A program made the position numbers and the translations under genes. A stretch of DNA of 64,000 nucleotides from NCBI GenBank assembly GCA_020536535.1, contig JAHLWZ010000819.1, forward strand, positions 1-64,000, read 5' to 3'. Below, piece by piece: positions 41,901 through 54,119 of this stretch. How positions within the stretch are numbered: position 1 is the first letter of the stretch; every line of letters starts with the position of its first letter. The notes beneath the pieces were generated by a model. The model did not search any database, was not told the DNA's origin, and was given only the letters and a program-made list of their open reading frames with translations. Origin of the DNA: Pelomyxa schiedti (Eukaryota > Protista > Evosea).

Positions 41901-43219
41901 TTTTGGTTAACTAATTCTGAAGAGACCAATTACACAGGCACAAATGGAAGGAACAAACCTGGCTCCCCCAAATTGACGTTATAACAAAATGCATAAGATG
42001 GGCATGAGTCCAAACGTTTTTGAAGACGCAATTGGCCACCCTCAGTTAAACAAAAGATGTGCCTCTCACCTTGGGTTTTTTGTTGGTCCCCAGTTGAAGA
42101 GGGGGAAATGCAAACAAATGGCAATGATGTCTATCTGAGGTGGCCGTAGGCTGCTACTAAATCTTCCAGGAAATAAAAATTGTACATGCTCTCCAAGATT
42201 TGCCACCCAATCAACCTGCATGGGTTTAGAAATGAGATGAAAACCTTTATGCACACACTTGGAGATGTTTTTGCATAACAATCGAGCCAGATCGATCTTC
42301 TCCCTTGGAGGGCTTTCTTTCTTCAGCAGTGGCAGACACAAGTGAGCTGTATCTATCAAAGAACCCTCAGAAACGTATTAACAGAACAGGAAAACTCACT
42401 TGAAACATTCCAGTTGCATTTGGGAATTGTACATCACTATACTATCTGTCTGTGAAACGTAACAAATTGGCCCCGGCACAAGGAAGTTCGTCAAATATCT
42501 TTGAAACGAAAAACTGTCTTGTTCAAAAAAAGACAGGACACCATCAAGAGATTGCACACAGAAAAGATCTTTATCTGAGAATTGGTCAAGGAATCTGAAT
42601 ATGAACAATCAACTGAAATTGTCGTGCAGGTAAATACAAACCAGGGATTCCACCAAAAGGGCCACAGACAAAATTGAATGCAGCGTGTTCGAGCTGATGC
42701 TCATATTGCTTTTTGAGTGCATAGTATGTGTTCTGGTCCATAACCTCCCGGGCTGTTGCCACCTTCTCAACAATATAAACCACCAGTTTGCGGGGGTGGA
42801 GTACAGCTAAGCCGAGCTTGTTTTTCAATGTACTATGTGTAATTAACGACGAGTTAACATAATAGTAATGGTATTAAATACACACGGGACAAAACGTCCG
42901 GCTGCAATTTGAAGAATAGGAGCACCCACATTATGCTCCAGTAACAAATCAGCAGGTGCGAATTCACGCTTGTGTGGAGAGAAGATCCTCACGAACCCCT
43001 GTAAACTACCAGTGATAATCTTAACTGCTCAGCATTAGAGATTTCAGGCCAAGCAAGAAGAGAGTAAAGTAACTAATCTAAAATCTCAGGCGTACCATCA
43101 CCGCTGACGGCATTGTCGATGTTGGTAGCACACAAACTGCCCTGTTCAAACTCCTCCTCACACGCCGACGTAGATCCGCACTTTGTCGACCACCACTGCC
43201 GTACCCTGAACAACGACAT
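38948..43219 (-). CDS. BBS9: Bardet-Biedl syndrome 9 / PTHB1 (BBSome subunit)
   Basis: MSLFRVRQWWST..EEFEQGSLC..NIDN, KIITGSLQG, LAVLHPRKL, CVQSLDG, FLVPGPICY, WAAKL, YLGTDP, QFRVIERRLLIRFRD; many introns. Confidence 0.95.
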
Positions 43220-43446
43220 TGCGTTGAGTTTTGGTTGCTTTCGGTAAAAAGAAAATTTCCTTCTGTCTCAGCTTCACAGAAAGCAGATCGGAAGATATTT
43301 TTGGCAACTATTTGCCACCTCTCTCCTGCTGGCCATTCCCCCTTCTACCTCAGGCCATAACGAAATAAAAACGAAGGTTTTCTTGTCCTGTATAAGCGCC
43401 CACTTTCGCATTCCCCAAGATCGTTTGTTTCATTACCCATCAGGAC

Positions 43447-44346
43447 ATGGACCTTGCAGACAAGGTTGTTGTTATCACCGGTGCCAGTGGCGGTATTGGC
43501 GAGGAATGTGCCGTGGCTCTAAGCTCCAAGGGTGCCAAATTAGTCCTCGTTGCACGCCGCCGTGACCAACTCGAAAGAGTCGCCGAGCGATGCCGCGCCT
43601 CCTACGCCGCCGCGTCCCATAATCCCGACGGGGCTGCAAGCCGATTCGTGGTGTTCGACGCCGACGTGACGGCCAGGGAGCAAGTCGACAAGGTGGCGGC
43701 CGCGGCGGTCTCGGCCTTCGGGGCCTTCGACGTGTGGGTGAACAACGCGGGCCAGGGGCTCACGTGCCCAACGTCGCGCCTGAGCGACGCCGACCTCGAC
43801 CAGATGATCACCGTAAACGTCAAGTCGGCTCTTTACGGCATGCAGGCTGCAGTGGCCCACTTCAGGCAGAGGAGGTCGTCTCCCGGGTCGTCGCCGTCCA
43901 CGCCGTGCCAGGTCATCAACGTGTCGAGCATGCTGGCCAGGATCCCCTACGTGAACATCCGCAGCGCCTATTGCGCCGCCAAGGCCGCCCTGGACTCCCT
44001 CACGGCCACGCTGCGGTGCGAAGTCCGCGGGGAGGGGATCCACGTCACCAGCGTGCACCCCGGCCCGGTCGCCACCGACTTTGGCAACAACGCCGTGCAC
44101 GGGGGGCCGGACTCGCGCACTTTCCAGGGCGCCCAGAGCCCCCAGGAGGTCGCCGGCGTGATCGTCGACGCCGTGCTGCACCCCCGCGCTGATGTGTACA
44201 CGCGCCCCGGCTACCAGGCACATGTCTCGGCGTACTACTCTGCCGCCAACATGGAGGATGTGGAATGCGGTTGGGGCGCCAGGTCTCCTACCGCACCAAC
44301 AGTGACACCACCACCACCTACCCCTGCACCTGCAGATAAGTCATGA
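43447..44346 (+). CDS. Classical short-chain dehydrogenase/reductase, intronless
   Basis: TGASGGIG, VNNAG, INVSS, YCAAK, VHPGPVATDF. Confidence 0.95.
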   Translation: MDLADKVVVITGASGGIGEECAVALSSKGAKLVLVARRRDQLERVAERCRASYAAASHNPDGAASRFVVFDADVTAREQVDKVAAAAVSAFGAFDVWVNNAGQGLTCPTSRLSDADLDQMITVNVKSALYGMQAAVAHFRQRRSSPGSSPSTPCQVINVSSMLARIPYVNIRSAYCAAKAALDSLTATLRCEVRGEGIHVTSVHPGPVATDFGNNAVHGGPDSRTFQGAQSPQEVAGVIVDAVLHPRADVYTRPGYQAHVSAYYSAANMEDVECGWGARSPTAPTVTPPPPTPAPADKS

Positions 44347-44441
44347 ACCCGCAAGAACATGAAAACAGCGGCAAGAAGTTGAACAAAAAAAAAAAAAAAT
44401 TTAGTATCAAACAGTATTTATGTTGCTAATATACATAGGGT

Positions 44442-46001
44442 TCAGTTTGCGTTAACTTCCTTAGCTAACGCTGCGGCTATGATGCCTTTTTTTTTGTTGG
44501 CAGGTTAGAACAGGAGATAAGGGGTACATAACACACCATCCACAATTTTGTATGCCAGTGCCCTCTTTTTGAGTGATGCCTCCACCCTTTTGTGTAGTAC
44601 TGGCATAAATTCTGCAACCCCAGCAGCGATCGGATCACCCCAGTGGTTATCTCCTTTATGTAGGGTTCAGTGTAAATGAATGTGGCTAAGCGGAAATAAA
44701 TTACTTGTGGCGTCGTCAAGGGCTATTTTTGCCATCTTGGCTACAGAGCCCTCTACTAGCTTCGCTTCCAGTTGCTTTTGGTGTTCTTCATCCTTTAGTG
44801 CTTGCTCTTCCAGCTGTTTGATTCTGAGCCCCTTGATATGAACCGTTAGGAGGGAAAAAGCTCCATAACTCGACTGCAGCCATACTCTTTCTTGCACTCG
44901 TTTCTTCTCAGCATCCTCGAGAAGTTTAATTTCATCTAATTCATGGTTTCGTCTTTGCTCAAAGTGGATCTGTATACGAAGGGGGTATGTATTAATACTG
45001 TAAAACCCATTTGCAAAATGCATACTCTATGCTGGCGCAAAGCTTTTAATTCTTCTTCTTCAAGAACTTCCAATAAAGCCTGTTGCAGTGTTCTTCCCAC
45101 AATAGAATCTACCACGGGACCAATGTCACGGTCAAAGTTGAATAGTAATTCGGCCTCTTGCGGTTCGATCTAAATTTGCTGTGAAATTACAAAAACAAAG
45201 TGTTGAATGAACTTGAGTGGTTTGGTCAACGCCAGTCTTTGTGGGTTGGGGAGGTATGTCGGGAGGTAGTTCCTCAAAATCTGTTTGAGTATCGCATGTA
45301 ACTTCTTCAATCAACTCTGTTAGTTCTTCCCATGGTGACTCGGTTTGTACATCAACATCTAATTAGTTGTTACTGGGGGAGGGAGAAAAAAAAAAAAAAA
45401 ACGGAGTTGATTCAAATGCTTCAGCAGCATACGTCGGGGTTCATTCACAGAAGGGCTTGGCACTTCATTAAGAGAAACGGAGGCAGTTTGTGTAATTTTC
45501 TCAGTGGTAGTTGCTAGAGTGCCGGGTTTCTGTGTCCTATTCATAGCCCCCCTGGCAGGTCTTTTCTCGTCAGATACAGTGTGCTTCTTGTTCCTAAAAG
45601 GGATCTATTAGACCAACCCCCAGAACCCATAATAGCCCCCCGGGGTGGCAGACCCCACTCCACACTGCACGGCCACCATCACGCCATCGGCAGGGCAATC
45701 CCATAAATGAAGTGGAATGGGGGGACGAAATTTCCACCAACCTAGACATTGAAGCAGGGGGCGTGTGGCTCACGACGGCCGCAAACGGGGCAGCCAGCGG
45801 GGGCAACATAAACGTCGCGGTGCCTGCCTCGTCTGCGCAGTCCTCATCCTCCTCCTCCTCGTGAGCCGTCGCCCTCACCGTCGACGAATGCTGTTGGTTT
45901 TGACGGCTGCGTGTATATGTAGCAGTTGTTGTTGTAGTCGTTGTCTTTGCGTGGGCTGCTGCCCTCTTGGCCGACACTGCGTTGGTGTTGTCGGCGTTCA
46001 T
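44442..46001 (-). CDS. RSPH3: Radial spoke protein 3-like
   Basis: VDVQT..EELTE..DTQTDF..KTGVDQTTQI..LFNFDRDIGPVVDSIVGRTLQQALLEVLEEEELKALRQH..FEQRRNHEL; spliced end IVDGIIAAALAKEVNAN*. Confidence 0.88.
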
Positions 46002-46103
46002 CGCGATGAGCCGTTAAGCGAAAAAAGGAGAGAAGGCGAAAAAAATAAACTAAAATTTTCCACTGTGTTTTGTTTGGTAATTGTTTTCGTCCTGTGTTGG
46101 TGA

Positions 46104-47175
46104 TCAGCTGTGGGAGGGTAAGGGAAGTTTATTGAGGTGGCAATAACAAACCAAGACGCGCAGTTGTTGTCATCGCACCAGCCGGTGATTGTTGCTGTGT
46201 TTTCTACGTTGACAATTTGGGAGCAACAGAGAGCCTTATTATCGGCAAAGCTTAGGTTTCTTACGGACAAGTTTGTCCTCGCCAGGGATGTCACATTTGT
46301 CAGGTAGTCATTACTGTGTTGGGTGGTTATTGAATACTTGACTGGAAGAGGAACTCACTTGATAAAACCCAAATCAGTACCAGTAGTGTAAGATGGCAGG
46401 TTAATCTCAGTTACGTCAGTCTCCCCTGATAATATAACTGTGAGGGTTTTTAGGGCTATTCTCACTTGTACCTATGCACAGAGACCATGTCCATGCGACT
46501 TCATCTCCACACAAGTCATAGTACACAGAAGTAGTTCGTTCGAACTTTGGAAGGTAGATATAATTCACATATGGTGCAATTGAGATGTATAGAGTGGCGG
46601 CAGAGACTAAGTTTGGAAGAGAAACGCTTTTTACAGCGAGGAGGTTGTAAAAGCGAGCATGAGTTGTCACTGTTTGAAGAGCCGGAAAGTTTAAGGTGGT
46701 AACATAGTGGCCGAAAATAGTGAGGCCATAGGCAGATTCAAGTGCAGGAAAATTGAGCTCTAGTGTCTTACTATTGTAGTTTATGTTTCCAAGGTACTTC
46801 AGAGCTGGGAGTTTCAAAACGGAACCCTGAAAGGTTCAAATTGAATAATTGAATTCAATTAGTTTCTTACCTGAAAATTCGACGAGGAAGCATCAACATA
46901 GCCAGTCACATTTTCCAAAACCCCCAAGTACTTTGTTACCTGGTCACCAGTGCAACACGAAATCTTAAGGTCACCATCTACCAAATGCTTAGTTAGTATT
47001 TGTTTGGCTTCAGAAGTTTGCTTTTTTTTGTACAGCTCTTTCTCGTACCTATCTCAGTACATGTCGACATTGATTGCAACTGCGACAAAGAAGTTATTTC
47101 GGTTGCGGGGCAAACAACAGTTCCCTGCACAACCGCGGCAGCAACCACAACGACAACTAAACTCAGTCCCCACAT
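46104..47175 (-). CDS. Secreted receptor-L-domain/LRR-like protein (LxFPxL repeats)
   Basis: Signal peptide, LSQLQSMSTCTEI..GDLKI, repeated LKLPAL/LNFPAL/VSLPNL/IYLPKF/INLPSY, Cys-rich cap DNKALCC..NNCASC*. Confidence 0.7.
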
Positions 47176-47245
47176 TCCTTTTTTTTTGTCGGTTTATTTT
47201 CCAGTACTTTCGTTTGATCAAGATTCTCATCAAGGGTTTCGGTCA

Positions 47246-48522
47246 ATGGAAACCTTGTACGAGTGGCACACCGAAATCACACACCTTCCACCCGTAGGCG
47301 ATCATCTCCAATGTTCACGGGAAGATCTCACTTCCCCCATCATCGATCTGCTAATTGGCATTTGTCATCATCAGATGGAGCCGTCGTTTTTCGTCACGTG
47401 CGTGGAGCTGGCGGCTGGACACCACGGGGTACTAAACATCACACAGCCATTGATTTTACAGTTGACAACTCTGACATGCACGCGTGCAGAAGCATTCGCG
47501 CAGCAGAACGCCTCCCCCGTTGTGTTTCCCTTCTCTCGAATCTGTTGCTGTGCAACTGCCGTATGTGACTACAAGAAGACCCGAGGTTTGTGCTCTCATA
47601 CTTATCAACTGTTGTGATCGTTCGTTCTATTATGACAACTACGATGGCAATGACAATGTCAGTGTCATCTAAATGTCGCTGCCGCCGCCATCGTCACTGT
47701 CACTGCCACTAGTCCGATGCATTTTTTTTTAACAGTAATGCCCATTTCCAGGAAGAACTGGAGACAATACAACCCCCTGCCATAGTGCCAGAAGTTGAGT
47801 TTGAGGTACAAAATGAAGCGGCTCACGCGGCACTCCAGACGGAGGCCCAAATAAACTGTCCTGTTTCCCCAGGAGAAAAACGCACACAATCACATATCAG
47901 CCAGCATTCTCCTGCTCGCTCCCGACCGTATCGAAAGCGAGGCTCACCGTCACAGGAGACTCCTGTGCAACCCACTCAGTACTGTCATTTGTTCTCCTTG
48001 TTTATTTATTCTCTCGCACACCGAATTCTCCTAACCTCTTCCCCTAGAACCTATCCAACTGGGTCTCAATTCTATTTTCCAGGATGCTACGGTGCTCCAC
48101 CCTCCTGGCCCACTTTTGTGATTCTTCGCTCCCTGTTACCTTTTCGCTTTCCCTCCTAACTTAAACCAGGCACAACCACCGCCGCCTCCTCAGCTTCAGT
48201 TCCCAGGCTACTACACGCCTCCCTGCTGCCATCAACACCAACACCAACAACAATACCCACCACCACCACAACCACAACAGTGCACCTGTCATCACCAACC
48301 AAATCCAACCCCAAACACACCACCTCTTCCTCCACTACCTTCCGATCCCGGCCTCAGAGAACTCCTTCTTCAGTGCTACCAAAACGGCTACCAAAAAGGC
48401 CTCGAAGAAGCAACCCGCAAAAGCAACCCCCCTTCTCCATCTCGTTCACAACATCACCCTCAGTCGCCAAACTCCCGGCGCCACTGACGACTCCACAAAC
48501 CGGGGATCAATTTCTGGAATAG
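47246..48522 (+). CDS. Hypothetical multi-exon protein with P/T/S-rich C-terminus
   Basis: ATG 47246 (METLYEWH) and GT-AG-bounded open segments down to DQFLE*; no homology recognised. Confidence 0.4.
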
Positions 48523-48640
48523 TTCTGCGGTTTCATTGTTCAGTTCCAATGTGCACTACCGTGAAATTAGCCAGATAAAAAAAATTTTTATCTTTCTCGG
48601 CGACGATACTACAGTACCAACTTTCGTACTTGAAACATCA

Positions 48641-49657
48641 ATGCCAACAGTAAGAGCAAAGGCACTAGCATGGACATCGATTGTCCTCATGATTGTGTCC
48701 TGTGGAGTGTACATTTTCCTCATTGTACAGTACATTCCCAAAACTAGCGCACACTAACTATGAAACGTACAATGACTACAACTTATTTTTATCTCCCACT
48801 GAAATTCCATGTAGCCCACACGTGGGTGGTACCGAGAGGACCCAGTGGATGCTTCAGCATCGAACTGGACTGTAGCATGGTTGGTGTTCACTTCTTGTGC
48901 ACAATGCTCCTGTATTTGATAATACGATTAGTTTCAAAATTGACAAACTGAAGATTGGGCTCTTGGTAACTAGTTTTTTTAGGTATGGATTGACGCAGCT
49001 GTGCATAATGGGCGAGTATCAAGGCCAAATAGATAAGTGCTACTCTTATGGCAACGATCTATTTGGAAGTGACAGTGCTCAACTAGTTGCGTCAGGTCCG
49101 GTCAACTTCCCCACTATCCCTTGCATTCTTACTCTCTTCACTTCTTTATTGAACTCCTTTCCAGGCGTTTGCACCATTCTCTTTTTCACAGCCTCGCTCA
49201 TCTTGATGTTTTTTGCATGTACCTACAACGTAACAGTTCTTACCCGTAATTCATGTGTGTCTCTTCCTTTTCTGACTGTCTCCAGACCAATAACTCTACA
49301 CTCAGACAAAATAAAGAAGTGGCTGGAAATTATACCTCCATTCATATATGCCCTAACTGGTATTCCAACCCATCCATTCCTCTTCTACATATCCTTGACC
49401 CAGAATCTAATACCCACTAATAACAACTCCCAGCTTTTCTTATGGTTCTCATTGGACTTTCCATGAACCTCGCCATGTTCTACACTCTGGATGTTTGGAA
49501 CGATCATCCCAAGACATATCACGCATCTTATGCCCTGGCAGTCACTCTGGCGTCAGATTTTGTCTTCACACTACCTGCAGGCATTGCTATGCTGTTCAAT
49601 CGTAAAGGGGACACAGATCAGTACGCAGGTGTGGCAATGGATTCTGTGGTGGATTGA
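48641..49657 (+). CDS. Four-TM membrane protein, claudin/PMP22-superfamily-like
   Basis: TM1, then W...YGLTQLC..C in the first loop, three more TM segments and a short tail. Confidence 0.55.
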
Positions 49658-49905
49658 ACTTCAATCTCGTCATAGTATCATGAAGTGTAAATGGCAAAAA
49701 AAAAGAGGTTTTTTTTTGGCCTCATTTTATTTTCCCTGTTTACCATACACCATAGAACTGTGATCACAGTTCTTGAAAAAGGGGAAGACGTACTTGTCCC
49801 GTTTTCCCTACAACACAGAATCCGAACTTGAAGTGTGCCGGGTACAGATGCCAAAGTGATCAAATCTGACGTGTGATTAAGAATTACATTAATTAAAAAA
49901 ATAAG

Positions 49906-52171
49906 ATGAAGAACACCCACGGCAACAATGACCCACCAAAGAAGACCAACAGTCCCAAGAAGCCTACGCCAGACACACACACTACTTCTACCTGTTCTAC
50001 GTCGTCCTCGTCCCGGGACATGCCTTTCACCCGTAGCGCCGCGCGATTGGCCGCCAAGTCTGCCTCAACACAACAACAGCATCAGGAAAAGAAACCTGCT
50101 GGCGGTGGCACGGCGGCGGCGCGAGATCTCCGCAACACAAAGCCGCAGCCGCAGCCGCACCATACGTCAACTTCGACTAGTAGTACTACGAGCCGCGATG
50201 GGCGCAACGCTAGTGGGAATTCCGTTGCCTCTCGTTTGCCTGGAAATGGACAATCTCAGAACGGGACGCAGTCTCAATCTCGTAGACAGCGATCTCAGAA
50301 CTCAGCACCTGTGGACGTGGACGTGGACGTGGACGCGAACGGCGATGCTGATTGTGATATCGTTGCGCCGGGTGACTCGGAGGAGAGGATCGAGTCCTTT
50401 GTGAGTTTGACAAATTGTGACAGGGACGCTGCTAGGCAATTCCTTATGGTTGTAAAATGGCACTCAATGTATATTTGTAATAACCGGGCTTTCTTAGGTG
50501 CATGGCTGGGATCTAGAATGGAGTGTAAATGAATTCCTGGGAGAAGGGAGCAAGCCGGAACAGGCTGAAGTCAGGGCGCCTATCAAGTCCATTGTTGACC
50601 AAATTCAACCCCGATCACCTCGAGTAAACAAGGTACTGTGATACTGAAATAGTTTATTCCTTGGGAACCATGATTTAGCAGGGTCATATATCCATGCCTA
50701 CTTCAGGGTTTTCAAAGAATGTCCCCCTTCCAGTGTTTGATTCCTTTAAGAAAGCTGGGTCAGGTTCGAAATTGCCGGCAATAAAGCAAAGTAGAATGTA
50801 CATCCTGTGAAACTGACGAAATTTTCACAATTAATGTTAGGATCCAGTGAGGGGCTGTGTGATCCTAAGAAACTAAATGTTTTGGAAGAAATTTTTCGAC
50901 CACCTGTTGATTTACTGAATCCTGGCCCCTTTGAAACAGTTCCTACTTTTTTCCTCCATTTCTTTTATATAACTTCATGACAGGTCATGTGCCTTGCAAC
51001 CCAAAAGGAAAAATGGATGCTCGTCTCTCTAATTGATCCATTAAAAGACTTTCCTTCCAATGTCCTGAATCGTGATGGATGGAAGAACCCTGAAATACAC
51101 CAACTTGTAAAGAACAACTTCATTCTCTGGCAGATGGACATTTCCTCTCCAGACACACAATCCTATAAGACAGTAGGCACTTTATTTTAGTTTATTTGAT
51201 ACTAATTTCTCTAGTGCTACCAGCCAGAAGGTCCAGTACCACACCTTGCCATTCTTGACTGGCTTACCCGGGAATGCAAAGCCAAGCACAACGGTCCTAT
51301 CACCTGTGACGAGTTGCGGACATTCCGTATGCCTTTTATCCACGGCAAAGCCTGCTAATAATGTTTAGTTAAGAACTTTTTGAGGGATCATGGTGATGAC
51401 AACAACTTTGAGTGCGACAATATAGCAACCTCAAACCAGCATACAGCAACATCAATTCAGCGAACAAGTTCGGGCACCACACTTGGAACGAGTAAGAGTA
51501 ATACGGGCACCACACTCGGAACGAGTAAGAGTAATACAACCTGTTCAGCTGAGGAGATAGTGGAACTACAAGATAGCGAAGAAGAGAAAGAGGATTCCGA
51601 CGAAGTAATGGCCAAACGAGAGCCCCTTACAAACGAGCATCATTACCGTTCACCACCAAATAAGAAGCCAAGGTGTGACGCAGCAACGGACAAGCAAGTA
51701 ACAAGCAGCAAAGCTTTCAAAATGCTTGGAAAAAGCGACCCGAGCAAGGAATGCACCGTGCCGAAGCCTGAACATGTTTCCACTTCGCCATCTGCTCCAC
51801 AGCAACCACCACCTAGCCTGACTCCCGCCGTAGACCCTCTACAAGGCGTCCCAGAGAAAGACATTTGTGAAATAAAGGTCATAATGAAGCACACTGTAAA
51901 CCAACATCTACTAACATAAAAAAGATTCGCCACAATGAGTCTACAACCGTTGTTAGGCTGTTAGTAAATAGCACTCTGTCAGACCTACGGAAGCAAGTTG
52001 AAGCCAAGTGCAACCCTCCAGCCAATTTCAAACTGTTTACCATTTTCCCCCGCAAGGAACTCACTGACCCTTCAGAGACTCTCACAAACCTTGGTACTCG
52101 TTGCACATCATTTCTTCCTCTCTAACCACCTCACAGGCCTGGCACCGCGGTCCGTTCTGCTTCTCTTCTGA
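49906..52171 (+). CDS. UBX-domain protein (UBA-UAS-UBX, UBXN7-like p97 adaptor)
   Basis: UBA-like FVSLTNCDRDAARQFL..WDLE, IFRPP, UAS FPSNVLNRDGW..NFILWQ, UBX FKLFTIFPRKEL..LGLAP. Start could be 50020. Confidence 0.88.
51471..51536 (+). repeat. 33-bp in-frame tandem duplication (GTTLGTSKSNT x2)
   Basis: Two adjacent copies with one mismatch. Confidence 0.9.
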
Positions 52172-52348
52172 GTCTCACCTACTGGCCGCGAGTGTGAGAA
52201 CAAACCAACAAAAACGGTTCTGGTATTGGGAGAATAAAACGACAAAACAAACCCGAAATTCCCTTAAAAGCTACAGAAAGGAATAGATTTACGGCAGATC
52301 TGTTTAGTTAGGGGAAATCACAAGAGTGATGGTTTTTGTCGGTTAGAG

Positions 52349-54016
52349 ATGGACGACGCACCGAGCGAGCCGGCAACGGCCAACGGGGCAGGGCCCGTGT
52401 GGCAGAAAAAGGATGCGAAGTGGGTGTGGCTGTTGATAACGAAATTGGTTCTCGCGGGGCTCGTGGTTGTGTTTATGGTCTCAGCCACCGAGGCTACAAA
52501 CAGAATTCAAGTTGCGTGCATTTTTGTCGGGTTTATGTTATTATTATTCCTCTTCCAACCGGCGTAGGTGCATTATGGGTACACCAAGCCCTACTTCATG
52601 ACATACTTCTGCACTAGTTTCTTGATATTTATTGGTTTGGGGCAGGTGCTTGCTTTTTTTTCCCCTTCTTCTTGTATCTCAAATCAACACCAGACTGCAG
52701 CTTTCATTATTACTTCTCTTATGCATAAGAAGAAGATAACCAGGGACCTGTTTCAACAAAGTACATTTAAAACACACTCTCTTCTCAAAGTTGTGATGCT
52801 GGCACCTCTTTTCTCTGTATTCTGGTTTCTGGCCAATTACCTATTCGTGAGCTCCTAGCCATCCCAGACATAATACCTTTATCAACAACCAATTGATAGT
52901 CCTACGGGGTTGGAAAAACAAACTCTGCATCTGCACTTAGCATTGAACAACTGGCTACGGTTTTAGTATTCATTGGATCAGTGATCTTTTTGAAGGAAAG
53001 AGTAACCGATTTAAAACTTCTCAGTACTACGGTACCCCTTTAGCTTCACTCCTGAATGAACCCGAGACTTATAAACACAAAAACTCTAGATATGCGTTGT
53101 AGGAGTTGTGTTAATTGCCTGTGCTGACGAGTTAGTAACGGACAGTGTTGCTCCAACAGCAATTTCACAGTCTCTTGAGGGGGATTTACTCGTGATAGGA
53201 TCGACTGTAGCAACAGCAGCATGTATTTTATTAAGGAGTCATTAACGTATATTTACATTACTAGATATGATTTCCTATGCTCGTTTGCTCTCCGGTGTTT
53301 GCCTTCTGCCCGCTGTAAATACTTTCTTGGGGCTTATAGGACTTTCCAATATCCTCCTCTTCTGGCCAGGACTGGTAATTCACTCTCTCTACCAAAGCAA
53401 TGTGCATGACTTTCAGCCAGCTAATTTGGGATGCGACTGGCTGGGAAACCTTCGAATTTCCCTCTGGGGAGGTTCTTGGATTATTGATTCTATCTGCTCT
53501 TCTACAACTCGGCTACAACTACACTCTCAATGTAGGCATAGTAATTGCCTCCCCACTGTACATGAGAATCGCCACAGTATGTACTACGTTCTCGTAATTA
53601 TTTTTTATTATCCCAAAAACGGCAAAAAGCAAGCAACTTCCCACTCAACTCAAGATCGTACTTTCAAAATTCACTGGAATTTAGACACACACGCCAACAA
53701 CCAGTTAATCTTATAGCACATTCACAGCAATCAACAGATTTGTGCACTTCCAGTCTCATTCCTCGTTGACACTCTGCTGTTTGACGTTCCCTTCAACTGG
53801 CTACGAATTACAGGCGCCGGCGTGGTGTCAATCGGCTTTGTGCTCTTTGCCACAATCGCAGAAAGGATGCTGGTCCCCTGGCCCTGGCTCAGTTCCCAGG
53901 CCAAAGCAAATCTGGTACCCTGGCCTTGTAACATATGCCCAAACCACAGGCCAGACAGTTCTGAATCTGAGCCACCCATCAACGACGTCGACGGTAGTAC
54001 CAGACTCCTGAGCTGA
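52349..54016 (+). CDS. EamA/DMT (SLC35F-like) transporter, second paralogue
   Basis: YTKPYFMTYFCTSF, FWFLANYLF, IFLKERV, GDLL, FLGLIGLSN, GWETFEFPS, GIVIASPLY. Confidence 0.85.
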
Positions 54017-54119
54017 CATTTACCACCCCAGTTGAAAAAACCGATCTACGCCTTTCCTGTAACGATGTTGCGCGATCAAACGAACGATTTAACGAACAAA
54101 AAAAAAAAAAAGAAAAGAA

